Sequence record: PZ445440.1
Direction: 5' to 3' (one strand)
Origin: a phage
DNA length: 64,000 bases
Shown here in pieces: positions 8,714 to 17,873 of this stretch. Within the stretch, counting starts at the first letter, position 1. Each line of letters begins with the position of its first letter. Under the pieces are notes generated by a model that saw only the letters and a program-made list of their open reading frames with translations, was not told the origin of the DNA and did not search any database. Both the position numbers and the translations under genes were made by a program.

Positions 8714-10529
8714 AGGACATCCATTCTTTACGAAGTTCTGAATCATCACCCATCAACATTTCAAAGAGTTCTTTCCAATTTTCAGGAAGTTTAACTACGT
8801 CGTACACAGGGTTCTGAATCATTTCACGATATTCTGACTTTTCAAGGGAGCCTAATCCCTTGATGTATCGAATACTATGCTTAGGCAGTGTATCTTTAAC
8901 TTCTTCATACTCAGCTACAGTATAAAACCATTTTTGAGTTTTGCCAATTTGTGCAATAATTACAGGCGTTTTAACAAAGCGAATACGTCCTTGTTCGAAC
9001 AATTCAGGCCAATTACTAAAGAAAGCAAGCAAAGCCGGATAGATACTTCCAAGACCGTCGTGATCTGCATCAGTCATAATTGCAATATTACGATAGTTCG
9101 TATTCTCTGCCTTTTCACCAAGAATAAGACCTGTGATAGCACAGATATCGAAGAGCTCTTTGTTCTTCATCATATCAGCATATGACATACCCCAGCTATT
9201 CATCACCTTACCACGTAATGGGAATCCGCCGTGTAGTTCACGGTCACGAACATCAATGAGATAACCAATTGCCGAATCACCTTCTGTTAAGAACAATGTC
9301 GTATCTGCATCTTTACCACATTGGTTAGCTTTAATATGCTTATGAACCTTAGCTTTAGTTGCCTTTTTAGCTGCTTTAGTTTCTGCAGCCTTTTCTGCTG
9401 CCAATTTACGAGCTAATGCTGCTTCAACAATAGGCATAATCAAGGCTTCGTTTTTAAGAAGCGCCTGAGCAATTTTCTTAGCATCTAATTGGATATGATT
9501 ACGAATATCACCATACGTTGACGTTAAACGTTCTTTAGTCTGAGAATCAAAACGCATGTTGCTCATGTCTCTAATAAACATCAACATTGTGAGGCATTCT
9601 TTAACACGAGCTTTAGTGACTTCAATACCCTTATATTTCTTTTTAATACCCGGCAAAAGATGTTCGCAGATATCATCCATTACACATTCAACATGATGAC
9701 CACCATTTTTAGTATGGATGTTATTCACATAAGTTAAATGACGGAAGCCATCTGGTGATGTTGTGAATGCTATAGAGACTTTATCATTTTCTTGAATGAT
9801 GTTATCTTCACCAAATTGTTTAGCAAATCGTTTAAAATTACCATCAACCTTTTTACCATTAAATGTGAACTTGATGTCAGGATAAACGACTGCCAATGTT
9901 TGAAGTCGGTCTAAAGTAATATCTAAATAAATTTGAGATAAATTATGCTCTTCAAATGAAGTGAAATCAGGAGTGAAGATTACTTTAGTGCCTCTACCTT
10001 TAGATTTCTTAGAAGACCATGATTTGTTTTCCATTCCGTTTGAACAGTTAACAGTGATTTCATTTTCGCCATCTGACGTGATGCCTGTAAACAACGTAGA
10101 GAAGATATTAGTTAAACTACTCCCGACACCGTTCATACCACCAGTCTTGCGTTCAGAGTCATCGCCAAAGTTACCACCGGCCTTTGGAATAGTCCAGGCT
10201 GCTACAGGCCCAGGAATTTGTTCACCTGTTTGGTCGGTAACTAAACCTTGAGGAATACCACGTCCGTTATCTTCCACCGAAACTTGATTATTTTTAATTT
10301 GCACATCAATTTTATTTGCAAACTTAAATGATGTACGAATAGCTTCATCAACCGAGTTGTCAATAATCTCATCGATTAATTTAACCAGACCAGGAACATA
10401 TTCAACTTGTTGATATTTACCAAACAAAAAACGCTCGTGGGCTTCTTTAGCCGAAGAACCAATATACATACCACTACGTTTCTTAATATGTTCTACATCT
10501 GACAATACCTTAATTTCATTTTTAATCAT
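8712..10529 (-). CDS. 39: DNA topoisomerase II large subunit, fused gp39+gp60 equivalent (GyrB-like ATPase + Toprim)
   Basis: 605-aa continuous ORF; ATPase motifs (IDNSVDEA, GGNFGDDS) and Toprim region (LTEGDSA, DADHDG); no split or bypass element. Confidence 0.9.
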   Translation of the reverse strand: MIKNEIKVLSDVEHIKKRSGMYIGSSAKEAHERFLFGKYQQVEYVPGLVKLIDEIIDNSVDEAIRTSFKFANKIDVQIKNNQVSVEDNGRGIPQGLVTDQTGEQIPGPVAAWTIPKAGGNFGDDSERKTGGMNGVGSSLTNIFSTLFTGITSDGENEITVNCSNGMENKSWSSKKSKGRGTKVIFTPDFTSFEEHNLSQIYLDITLDRLQTLAVVYPDIKFTFNGKKVDGNFKRFAKQFGEDNIIQENDKVSIAFTTSPDGFRHLTYVNNIHTKNGGHHVECVMDDICEHLLPGIKKKYKGIEVTKARVKECLTMLMFIRDMSNMRFDSQTKERLTSTYGDIRNHIQLDAKKIAQALLKNEALIMPIVEAALARKLAAEKAAETKAAKKATKAKVHKHIKANQCGKDADTTLFLTEGDSAIGYLIDVRDRELHGGFPLRGKVMNSWGMSYADMMKNKELFDICAITGLILGEKAENTNYRNIAIMTDADHDGLGSIYPALLAFFSNWPELFEQGRIRFVKTPVIIAQIGKTQKWFYTVAEYEEVKDTLPKHSIRYIKGLGSLEKSEYREMIQNPVYDVVKLPENWKELFEMLMGDDSELRKEWMS

Positions 10530-10570
10530 GTTGTCTCCTCGTTATGAAGGTATTCTATCATCCGAAATCT

Positions 10571-10594
10571 AAAGCAAAAAGGGCCGAAGCCCTT
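10571..10594 (-). terminator. intrinsic terminator (GGGC-UUCG-GCCC hairpin + U-tract)
   Basis: Plus aaagcaaaaa-gggc-cgaa-gccc at the stop of ORF 10593-11018. Confidence 0.5.
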
Positions 10595-11018
10595 ATTTAA
10601 ATTTAATTTTCTGAAGTGCATCAATTGCAGCCAAACGCCCTTGTTCACTTTTAACTGTAATGACCACATCGCCTGATACGATCACCGAACCATCAACAAA
10701 TTCTATAGAGCCTTTTTTGAAATCGACAGCTGTATCTGGTTCCGGAACTTCTTCAAAGAATTTAAATTCTGCACCATAAAGCAGAATATCACCTTGCATA
10801 CTATGAATAGTTCGGCCATAATCGCCTACGGCTTCTACAGCAATAACCGAAACACCGTAGCCAATCATCTCTTCCACAATAAAATCTTTGGACAATAAAG
10901 TAGTATGCAGATTAGTATTAAGACGTTTACCAGTCGTATTAAGAATTCTCAAGAAATTATCTTCCTGTCCTTTGATAATACGATATTTCTTACCAACTTC
11001 AAAACCTTTAAAAGCCAT
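10593..11018 (-). CDS. hypothetical protein, possibly GoF-like by size and position (141 aa)
   Basis: 141-aa ORF upstream of gene 39; T4 goF occupies the equivalent position; identity not verified. Confidence 0.4.
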   Translation of the reverse strand: MAFKGFEVGKKYRIIKGQEDNFLRILNTTGKRLNTNLHTTLLSKDFIVEEMIGYGVSVIAVEAVGDYGRTIHSMQGDILLYGAEFKFFEEVPEPDTAVDFKKGSIEFVDGSVIVSGDVVITVKSEQGRLAAIDALQKIKFK

Positions 11019-11020
11019 AA

Positions 11021-11200
11021 TTAACCCTTCTTAAGTAAATCGTAAAAACCACCGTTCACATGTTTAGGAGCAGAAACCCGACGAGTAGACATACGATGAC
11101 ATTCAGGGCAAACATCGTTTTCTCGTTCAGAAATTCTTTTAATTTTTTCATATTCATGACCACAATCTTCAGATTGGCATTTATAGTCGTATAACGGCAT
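11021..11200 (-). CDS. small zinc-ribbon protein (59 aa, CxxC...CxxC)
   Basis: Hand translation MPLYDYKCQSEDCGHEYEKIKRISEREDDVCPECHRMSTRRVSAPKHVNGGFYDLLKKG; fits exactly between flanking ORFs. Confidence 0.6.
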   Translation of the reverse strand: MPLYDYKCQSEDCGHEYEKIKRISERENDVCPECHRMSTRRVSAPKHVNGGFYDLLKKG

Positions 11201-11202
11201 TA

Positions 11203-11631
11203 TTATTCCTTAAAATGTGCTTTCAACATTTGATACAAAGACCATGCCTGGTCATTATTTTTGATAGTAATCGTCATCACAGGAAATTCAGACAATTCAT
11301 CAAGTTCACCAGAATCTTGCTCTTCGGACGCTTGATATGGATTTCCAACTTCGTCAAAGAACTCTGCTTCATTCGTGGAGAGCCAGATAAAGTTTTCATC
11401 AAGGATATCACCGCCTGCTGCATATCCAACCATGCCAGTAGATGTCACAATTTTAGTAGGACGACCAAGATGGTCAACATCTAATACTTTAAATGGTTCC
11501 ATGCCAAGACGTCGTGCATAAATCCCATTATCAGTGTGGTCTTTAATAAACTCTTCTTGGGCACGTTTATCTTTAAATTGGTACCATGAGTTAACGCGGA
11601 ATTTATTAGCCATTAGTAAGTTTCCTTCCAA
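11203..11631 (-). CDS. hypothetical protein (142 aa)
   Basis: ORF in gene array. Confidence 0.6.
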   Translation of the reverse strand: MEGNLLMANKFRVNSWYQFKDKRAQEEFIKDHTDNGIYARRLGMEPFKVLDVDHLGRPTKIVTSTGMVGYAAGGDILDENFIWLSTNEAEFFDEVGNPYQASEEQDSGELDELSEFPVMTITIKNNDQAWSLYQMLKAHFKE

Positions 11632-11885
11632 TAAGTTGTACCATTTTCAGTGATTTCACGGAAGATACCATAGATAGGCATTTCATCACCGAGTTTTTCG
11701 TAAACGTAAACCACTTCAGTGTAGCATAAAAATTCGGTCCAGTTTTTCTGTACAACAACTAAATCAGGATTAAACAGAACATCTTCAAACTCGTCGATGT
11801 TTGAATCAGTAGTTACATTTTTAATGATTTGACGTTTCATAATATTCTCCTCTTGTTTTGATAGGTCTATAGTATCATAGACCAT
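11613..11885 (-). CDS. hypothetical protein (90 aa)
   Basis: ORF in gene array. Confidence 0.55.
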   Translation of the reverse strand: MVYDTIDLSKQEENIMKRQIIKNVTTDSNIDEFEDVLFNPDLVVVQKNWTEFLCYTEVVYVYEKLGDEMPIYGIFREITENGTTYWKETY

Positions 11886-11897
11886 AGTTGTTGTACA

Positions 11898-12422
11898 TCA
11901 TTTTAGCAAAATAAAATCAACTTGTTCTGCCAATGAACGTCTAAACATTAATTGACAACTTCCGAGGATGAAATCAGGTGCTTCATAGACGGCGATGTAG
12001 TATCCTTTAGCTTTCAAGAGTTCAACATCCACCTGGTCATCAAACCATGCATAAACCGCGTCAACACTTTCAAATCCAAAATAGAACCCTTGAGCCCAAT
12101 CTTCACTCAATTCAAATGTGTGCTCAATTCTATAGTATCTTAAGATATTTTGTTCAAGGAGTTTGTCTTCATTTACTGTAGGACGATTAGGGACATTATA
12201 GTTGTCACCGTGATGGTAGAAGTTACCTGAGAGTATTCCATGCTTATCAAGGAACTCCCATGTTTCTTCAGAGTTGTCGGTGCCTGACCAACCGTATGGC
12301 GAACGAGGTTCTTTATTCCAAGAGGTTTCCCAAATTCTGACGGCTTTACCGTCTTCAATAGCAATTCCTGGTAATGATTCACGTTGAGTACAAAAACTAC
12401 GTTCTACGCGGTAAACTAACAT
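11898..12422 (-). CDS. hypothetical protein (174 aa)
   Basis: ATG with GAGGAG SD and upstream promoter. Confidence 0.65.
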   Translation of the reverse strand: MLVYRVERSFCTQRESLPGIAIEDGKAVRIWETSWNKEPRSPYGWSGTDNSEETWEFLDKHGILSGNFYHHGDNYNVPNRPTVNEDKLLEQNILRYYRIEHTFELSEDWAQGFYFGFESVDAVYAWFDDQVDVELLKAKGYYIAVYEAPDFILGSCQLMFRRSLAEQVDFILLK

Positions 12423-12448
12423 ATTATTCTCCTCTGGTTGATATGGTT

Positions 12449-12477
12449 ATAATATCAAAACCAGAGGAGAAGTAAAC
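12449..12477 (-). promoter_or_regulatory. T4-type early promoter; -10 inside inverted repeat CCTCTGGTT/AACCAGAGG
   Basis: Minus GTTTAC (12477-12472), 17-bp spacer, TATTAT (12454-12449). Confidence 0.5.
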
Positions 12478-12481
12478 AACT

Positions 12482-12901
12482 TTATGCGAAAGCAGCTGGG
12501 CTATATTTTTTAATTTGGAATTCAGGAACTACCATGAACTGTCCAGCGAAAACGATGTTATAAAGCTTAACACCATCTTCTACCCAACGGTCGCTAATAA
12601 ATCCGGCGATTTGCTTAGTTTTCCATGGTGTTCCATCAGTTGCCGCAGCAATAGTGAATTCATGGTCTTTTTCAACAGAAACTGATCTGCATAGTCCCCA
12701 TTTGAACGCTTTTTCTTCTGGTTCAATGAATTGGCTTGAGACGTAGCCAATATTACCATTAGCATCACGAACTTTAACTTGGTTACGACCAAAAACCGGA
12801 TCACTCACAGAAAGAACTTCAACCAACTTCCCGGCAACTTTAGAGCGAGAAGCAACAGATACATATACGTAATCACCTGTAGAGAGATTTACAATATTCA
12901 T
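12482..12901 (-). CDS. member A of tandem paralog family (139 aa), function unknown
   Basis: Shares N-terminal SxASRSKxAGKLVEV and C-terminal GFISDRWVEDGxKLYNIVFxGxFxVV motifs with the next two genes; TTG start with AAGGA SD. Confidence 0.7.
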   Translation of the reverse strand: MNIVNLSTGDYVYVSVASRSKVAGKLVEVLSVSDPVFGRNQVKVRDANGNIGYVSSQFIEPEEKAFKWGLCRSVSVEKDHEFTIAAATDGTPWKTKQIAGFISDRWVEDGVKLYNIVFAGQFMVVPEFQIKKYSPAAFA

Positions 12902-12910
12902 AATAATTCC

Positions 12911-13375
12911 TTAAGCTTTACGAGGAGACACATAGCGAGTGATTTCAGATTCTTTAACAACTCGGAAGTCACCTAAGAATACGATATTGTATAACTTTTC
13001 ACCATCTTCAACCCATTGGTCACTAATGAAGCCACACATAGTATCAGTTTTGCTTGGATAACCGTATTCATCGATGAAGTCAAATTCTTTATCAGTCTGG
13101 AATTCAACACCTTTACACAAGGCCCATTTGAACTGTGTAGTAGGCTCAACGATATCGCTTGAAGCAAAGTGGGCACTTACACGAGTTTCCAAGAATTTAG
13201 GACTTACATAGGCGAACTGAGTTTCAGTTTTTCCAGAACTAGGAATGATTCGAACTTTAACTTCTTTAATATGGCCCATGCCATTAGTACGAAGTCCTAC
13301 TACTTCAACCAGCTTTCCTGCAGCTTTAGAACGAGACGCTGTCGATACACGTTTAATTTCACCAATATTAATCAT
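12911..13375 (-). CDS. member B of tandem paralog family (154 aa from internal ATG)
   Basis: Motif CGFISDQWVEDGEKLYNIVFLGDFRVV; track ORF N-terminus overlaps the upstream promoter so start moved to MINIGEIK. Confidence 0.65.
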   Translation of the reverse strand: MINIGEIKRVSTASRSKAAGKLVEVVGLRTNGMGHIKEVKVRIIPSSGKTETQFAYVSPKFLETRVSAHFASSDIVEPTTQFKWALCKGVEFQTDKEFDFIDEYGYPSKTDTMCGFISDQWVEDGEKLYNIVFLGDFRVVKESEITRYVSPRKA

Positions 13376-13405
13376 ATTTTTTCTCTCTTTGTTTAAGTTG
13401 AATTC

Positions 13406-13436
13406 ATTATACTCCATCCATCCTTGGATGTAAAAC
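13406..13436 (-). promoter_or_regulatory. early promoter, member of the conserved 29-bp module family (variant -35)
   Basis: Plus ttatactccatccatccttggatgtaaaac; near-identical to modules at 13963, 55771 and 56792. Confidence 0.45.
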
Positions 13437-13437
13437 A

Positions 13438-13932
13438 TTAATTAAGAATATTAACTACTGCACTACGTGGAACAACACTAAAATCACCTGCATGAACAAC
13501 GTTCAGAAGTTCAACACCGTCTTCAATCCACTGGTCAGTTACCCAGCCACTTACCGGTCCAGCGAACGGACGTCGAATTGAAACAGCTTTACACAACAAA
13601 TCAGTAGGCTCAATAGGCTTAATCAGAGTACCGTACATACAAGCGATATCCATATCAATACAGATGTCTTTAACGGGTTCTACTTCTTCAATCAACAGTT
13701 CAAAGTCGGTGTTTGGAAGGGCGGTAGTAGAAATTGTACCGTATGAATTTTTAATTTCTAAGAATAACCAAGGGCCTTCAGCTTGTTTGATAAAGTTAAC
13801 AATAGTGAAACTATTACCTTGAGTGGCACCTAAAATTTCGCAAAACTTTTCATAAGCTCGCACTGAAGCGCCGTACCAGTTGATTTGTTTTTCGTCTTTC
13901 AGGATGTAAGTAGCCGTAGTATTGATATTCAT
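13438..13932 (-). CDS. member C of tandem paralog family (164 aa from internal ATG)
   Basis: C-terminal GWVTDQWIEDGVELLNVVHAGDFSVV shares the family motif; track ORF start (TTG) lies inside the promoter -10. Confidence 0.65.
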   Translation of the reverse strand: MNINTTATYILKDEKQINWYGASVRAYEKFCEILGATQGNSFTIVNFIKQAEGPWLFLEIKNSYGTISTTALPNTDFELLIEEVEPVKDICIDMDIACMYGTLIKPIEPTDLLCKAVSIRRPFAGPVSGWVTDQWIEDGVELLNVVHAGDFSVVPRSAVVNILN

Positions 13933-13962
13933 AATGTTTTCCCGTTTGGTTAAGATAGAAAG

Positions 13963-13992
13963 ATTATACTCCAACCATCCTTGGTTGTAAAC
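13963..13992 (-). promoter_or_regulatory. early promoter, conserved 29-bp module (GTTTAC-AACCAAGGATGGTTGGAG-TATAAT)
   Basis: Plus ttatactccaaccatccttggttgtaaac; identical module upstream of three other genes. Confidence 0.55.
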
Positions 13993-13997
13993 TGGTT

Positions 13998-14675
13998 TTA
14001 TCGCTGTTTTACACTTAACGGGTCAGGATTCTCAGGGACATCTTCAAGGCCAAGCGCATAACGCTGAGCATATTTTAACATCAAAATATCTTTAGCACAA
14101 TCATGAATACTATCATGGGCAACGAATCCTTTTAGCGTACCCATCGGTAATGGACACATACTTAATCCTCGTGTCAACGAGTAAGCTTCGATTGCCGTAC
14201 GAATATCACGTTGAGCCCAGAATTTAACAGGTTCTAATTTATCGGTATCAATATCTGGTTCAAGAACACCTTCATCACGATAGAGGTCACGAATCAAATC
14301 GACTAAGATCGGGAAGTCAAAGCTCATACCACGGCACCACATCTGTGATTTCCATTGGTCAACTTTATTAGCTCGACAATAATCTAAAAAGATTTTAATG
14401 CCTTCAAGCGTAGTGACATCATCTTCAGACGGAGCCAGGTTTTTACGTGCTTCTGCTGATTGTTCTTTCCACCATTTCATAGTGGATTTAGCGAAAACTC
14501 GCTTCCCTTTCTGAGAAGCTAGATTAAATTTAATTCGCTTACCTCGTTGAACAAGTTCTTCAAATGATTCAACAACTTCAGGGTCGGAATTATATGCAAT
14601 AACCGCAAGGTCAATAACAGCCGCTTTTGATGTATTGCCGAATGTTTCAAAATCTATAATAACATCAGTGCTCAT
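13998..14675 (-). CDS. dexA: exonuclease A (DexA)
   Basis: 225 aa (T4 DexA 227 aa as I recall); DEDD-like N-terminal DFETFG; immediately downstream of dda as in T4. Confidence 0.75.
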   Translation of the reverse strand: MSTDVIIDFETFGNTSKAAVIDLAVIAYNSDPEVVESFEELVQRGKRIKFNLASQKGKRVFAKSTMKWWKEQSAEARKNLAPSEDDVTTLEGIKIFLDYCRANKVDQWKSQMWCRGMSFDFPILVDLIRDLYRDEGVLEPDIDTDKLEPVKFWAQRDIRTAIEAYSLTRGLSMCPLPMGTLKGFVAHDSIHDCAKDILMLKYAQRYALGLEDVPENPDPLSVKQR

Positions 14676-14684
14676 AATTTTCTC

Positions 14685-15998
14685 TCAAATAAAATGGACG
14701 TCAAAACGACCACGAGTTGTGCCGACATACAATAACTGTTTAGCTAATTCTGAATCGGCATAATGGATACACGGCGTATAAACAAAGGCCGTGTCAACAG
14801 ACATACCCTGGGCCTTATGGAAGGTTGATACAGGTAGTGCCTTCACCTTAGTGAACATACGTTTAGCATCCCAGAATTCGCTCCATGGGGCTTTACCACC
14901 TTTATTCCAAAATTTGTATGTTTCTGCGGTCTTAGCCAAAAACAAATTGAATTTATAAAGCTCTTCTTCAGAAGAAATAACCTTTATATCTTCGCGGATG
15001 TATTCTTCATCATCCCCATATGTTTCTACTGTAAGATTCCAGTATCGTATCATATATTCGCCTGAAACACCACGTGCTTTAACGAATGTAGACGTTTCTA
15101 CAGCATCTCGAATACGAACGAATTGCCCGTTATTGAAAAGCATTTCAGTCATATTTTTGCCATCTAGCTTGTACGTCTTAGTAAACGGCTCTTGTAGAAC
15201 AATGACTTCGTCTTTAATAAATGGTTTTTCTGTTTCAAGAAGTTTTCGGCGAATAATTGAATTTAACTTGTCCACCGACTTATTTGTGAATGCCATCATT
15301 CGATTTTCGAAAAGGTCTTCAGGAGTTTTAACGACGTTAAAATAGTTCATCATATACGATTTAAGGTCTGTATACCCATGAACACCGTGTCCATCAACTA
15401 CTTTATCGTAAATCCATTTGCCATTACGAATATCAGTCGCAACATCAATAATTGGTGCATTGCTACGTTTAACTTCTGTAAGGTTGCATTGCACGAAGTC
15501 TTTGTGAGTGAAGAAAGGACTTAGATATGCAGTTGATTCGCCTGGGTCTACCGGTCGAATCTGGCATCGGTCACCAATTCCAATTACTGTGCACCATTTA
15601 GGGATACTAGCTAACATTATTTTAAACAGAGAACGGTCGCACATTGATGCTTCATCAAATAACAGTACACGACACAAGGCTAAGTCGGGAACCTTTTTCT
15701 GTTCAAACAATACGTTTTCTTCGTATGTAGTTGGGTTGATTTTAAGAATGCTATGAATAGTCGATGCTTCTTGACCTGCAAGTTTGCTTAGAACCTTTTT
15801 AGCTGCATGTGTAGGGGCTGCTAAAATAATACCTGATTCTCCAGAAGAAATAAGGGCTTCAACGATGAATCTAGTAAGGGTTGTTTTACCTGTACCAGCA
15901 GGCCCATTAATAGTTACGTGATGTTTCTTTTCTTTAATAGCGTTCATAACAACATTGAAGGCGTTTTTCTGGCCGTCAGTCAAATCATCAAATGTCAT
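14685..15998 (-). CDS. dda: Dda SF1B DNA helicase
   Basis: 437 aa; MTFDDLTDGQKNAFNVVMNAIKEKKHHVTINGPAGTGKTT nearly identical to T4 Dda N-terminus from memory. Confidence 0.95.
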   Translation of the reverse strand: MTFDDLTDGQKNAFNVVMNAIKEKKHHVTINGPAGTGKTTLTRFIVEALISSGESGIILAAPTHAAKKVLSKLAGQEASTIHSILKINPTTYEENVLFEQKKVPDLALCRVLLFDEASMCDRSLFKIMLASIPKWCTVIGIGDRCQIRPVDPGESTAYLSPFFTHKDFVQCNLTEVKRSNAPIIDVATDIRNGKWIYDKVVDGHGVHGYTDLKSYMMNYFNVVKTPEDLFENRMMAFTNKSVDKLNSIIRRKLLETEKPFIKDEVIVLQEPFTKTYKLDGKNMTEMLFNNGQFVRIRDAVETSTFVKARGVSGEYMIRYWNLTVETYGDDEEYIREDIKVISSEEELYKFNLFLAKTAETYKFWNKGGKAPWSEFWDAKRMFTKVKALPVSTFHKAQGMSVDTAFVYTPCIHYADSELAKQLLYVGTTRGRFDVHFI

Positions 15999-16306
15999 CG
16001 TAAAGTCCCTGCAATTGGAATACTAACAATACGGCCTGTGTCCAGGATTCGTTGATACAATCTTTGCGTCTCCGCATCTAGTTTAATGTGTTTCATTTCA
16101 AGCTTATTAAACCAGAACTTACGCGGAGTTTCGACCATTCTTAGAACTCCCATTTTTAAATCTGTTTTATACTGTGTTTTCAAAGTATCGAAAACTTTAT
16201 CTGCAATATCCTTTCTAAAAAATACTGCAGGACGATGCTCATCAAGTGGAACCGGGACAGTAAATCCTTCCATATCTCGATAAACTATTGCATATACATA
16301 AACCAT
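15995..16306 (-). CDS. dda.1: Dda.1-like hypothetical protein (103 aa)
   Basis: 4-nt overlap with dda start; synteny. Confidence 0.6.
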   Translation of the reverse strand: MVYVYAIVYRDMEGFTVPVPLDEHRPAVFFRKDIADKVFDTLKTQYKTDLKMGVLRMVETPRKFWFNKLEMKHIKLDAETQRLYQRILDTGRIVSIPIAGTLR

Positions 16307-16308
16307 AA

Positions 16309-17055
16309 TTAACCTTTAATCAGTTGGAATAATAATGCGCTAAGTGGTAAGCCACGTTTCAATTTTAATTTACCAATGAAACCAATCTTTTCAAAACGTT
16401 GCAGACCTTGGATAACTTTATCATATGTATCGAAAAGCGATTCAGCGTCAGTTAATTTAGTTTTAGTTTTCCAGTCAGAGCCTTTAAGAAGAACGTTGAG
16501 TTTAGTAAGTTCATGGCCTTCTGCTTGATGTGAGCCGTTAATGCGTGCTTTCAAAGCAACAATTCTAAGTTTAGATTCGTTAGATAAAGGTTGATTTTTC
16601 ATCATGTTCGCCATATGCTTAACACGATTTTCACGTTTTGCTCGGATTTTTAAAATAGTACCATAAACCTTTTTAATTTGGGCCCATTTCTTCTCGTCGA
16701 GATTAAGTTTCTCTACTTTACGGGCAGAAGGATTAGCGATACGTCTTGCAACGGCATCACGTTTCTCAATAAGTTCTTCTAATGTTAAATCAGAACGAGC
16801 TGTGTTATATTTTTTCTTAACCGGGATAACATTACCTTTAATGTAGCCTATATCATTATTAAAACGTTCTAAGGATAATTTCTCACCTTCAACAGAGTTA
16901 TTGAAAGATTCACCTGAGTAAGCGCAGACCTTTTGATCAAGAATGTTTTTAAGGTAATTAAAGTCTAAGTTAAAATCCTTAGAGCGTCTCTTCGCAGAAG
17001 CTCTGGTGTGGTCAAGACGACGATTGATTTTGTTAATTTTATTATTTGATAACAT
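16309..17055 (-). CDS. srd: basic protein, possibly Srd (sigma-decoy) by position
   Basis: 248 aa, Lys/Arg-rich; located between dda.1 and modA as in T4; identity not verified. Confidence 0.45.
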   Translation of the reverse strand: MLSNNKINKINRRLDHTRASAKRRSKDFNLDFNYLKNILDQKVCAYSGESFNNSVEGEKLSLERFNNDIGYIKGNVIPVKKKYNTARSDLTLEELIEKRDAVARRIANPSARKVEKLNLDEKKWAQIKKVYGTILKIRAKRENRVKHMANMMKNQPLSNESKLRIVALKARINGSHQAEGHELTKLNVLLKGSDWKTKTKLTDAESLFDTYDKVIQGLQRFEKIGFIGKLKLKRGLPLSALLFQLIKG

Positions 17056-17207
17056 AATATTTTCCTCTGTCTTACGGACGTTAGGACATTTAGCTGATAA
17101 GCTTATAATATCATGCCCTCAGGTAGTGTACACTCTTTTTTCATAAAATGCTTTAATTTTTTATGTGTTATAATGGTTCTGAGTTCCATCCGGTTATTCC
17201 AATTCAG

Positions 17208-17816
17208 TCAGTAACTGACAATAGACAGATTCCAGATTGTATAACTTCCATCCTGAATAATAGAATCTACACGCAGTGTAGTCCCTATAGGGAGCATAAA
17301 TTCACATTCGTCAGATATAAGTCTAGCATTAGACCGTCTTGTCGCTTCAGGGAAAGCTCCATTGAACTCACAAGATGGCGCAGCCAGAATCATGTTAAGC
17401 ATATGTTCACGGAAGTTGAAAGCAAATGGTGCATCTTTGATGCAGAACATATTAAATGTTCCGTAAAAATTATACGAAGCAAAGTTACGTGCTACACCGA
17501 ACACTGGACTGAAGCTCATTACTCTGTCAAATTTAATAATACTACCAATGCCTTTATCATCGAGTGTGGCCATAGTTTTCTTAGAGATTCCACGATACAT
17601 TGTCTCAGGAACAGAAGACGTCCAATTTCTACGAACGATTGAACTTAAATCTTGTTGGATGCTATCAGGCTTGTTTTCCATACACTGCCACAGTACACTT
17701 TGTTCAATGTCGCTGAATTGCTCATCGATTTTGTACTGAAGCATATCTTGATAATCTGGACATTGGGCACGACGAACCATTTCTTCAATTTCACACTCGT
17801 TATACGGCATAAACAT
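17208..17816 (-). CDS. modA: ADP-ribosyltransferase ModA-like
   Basis: 202 aa; motif LW.C...TSSVPETMYRG shared with adjacent paralog; T4 modA/modB synteny. Confidence 0.7.
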   Translation of the reverse strand: MFMPYNECEIEEMVRRAQCPDYQDMLQYKIDEQFSDIEQSVLWQCMENKPDSIQQDLSSIVRRNWTSSVPETMYRGISKKTMATLDDKGIGSIIKFDRVMSFSPVFGVARNFASYNFYGTFNMFCIKDAPFAFNFREHMLNMILAAPSCEFNGAFPEATRRSNARLISDECEFMLPIGTTLRVDSIIQDGSYTIWNLSIVSY

Positions 17817-17873
17817 TTAGGTTTCTCCTGTGGTTGATAAAGGTATAGTATCATCATCGGAAGAGTTTGTACA

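Noticed and set aside
8712-10529. Gene 60-style translational bypass (hop) or a split 39/60 arrangement
   Set aside because: The ORF is continuous through the junction region with no in-frame stop or 50-nt gap
13933-13974. N-terminal extensions of track ORFs 13438-13974, 12911-13438 and 3775-4101
   Set aside because: These leading codons coincide with promoter hexamers or a terminator hairpin and begin at TTG or weak starts; downstream ATGs were used
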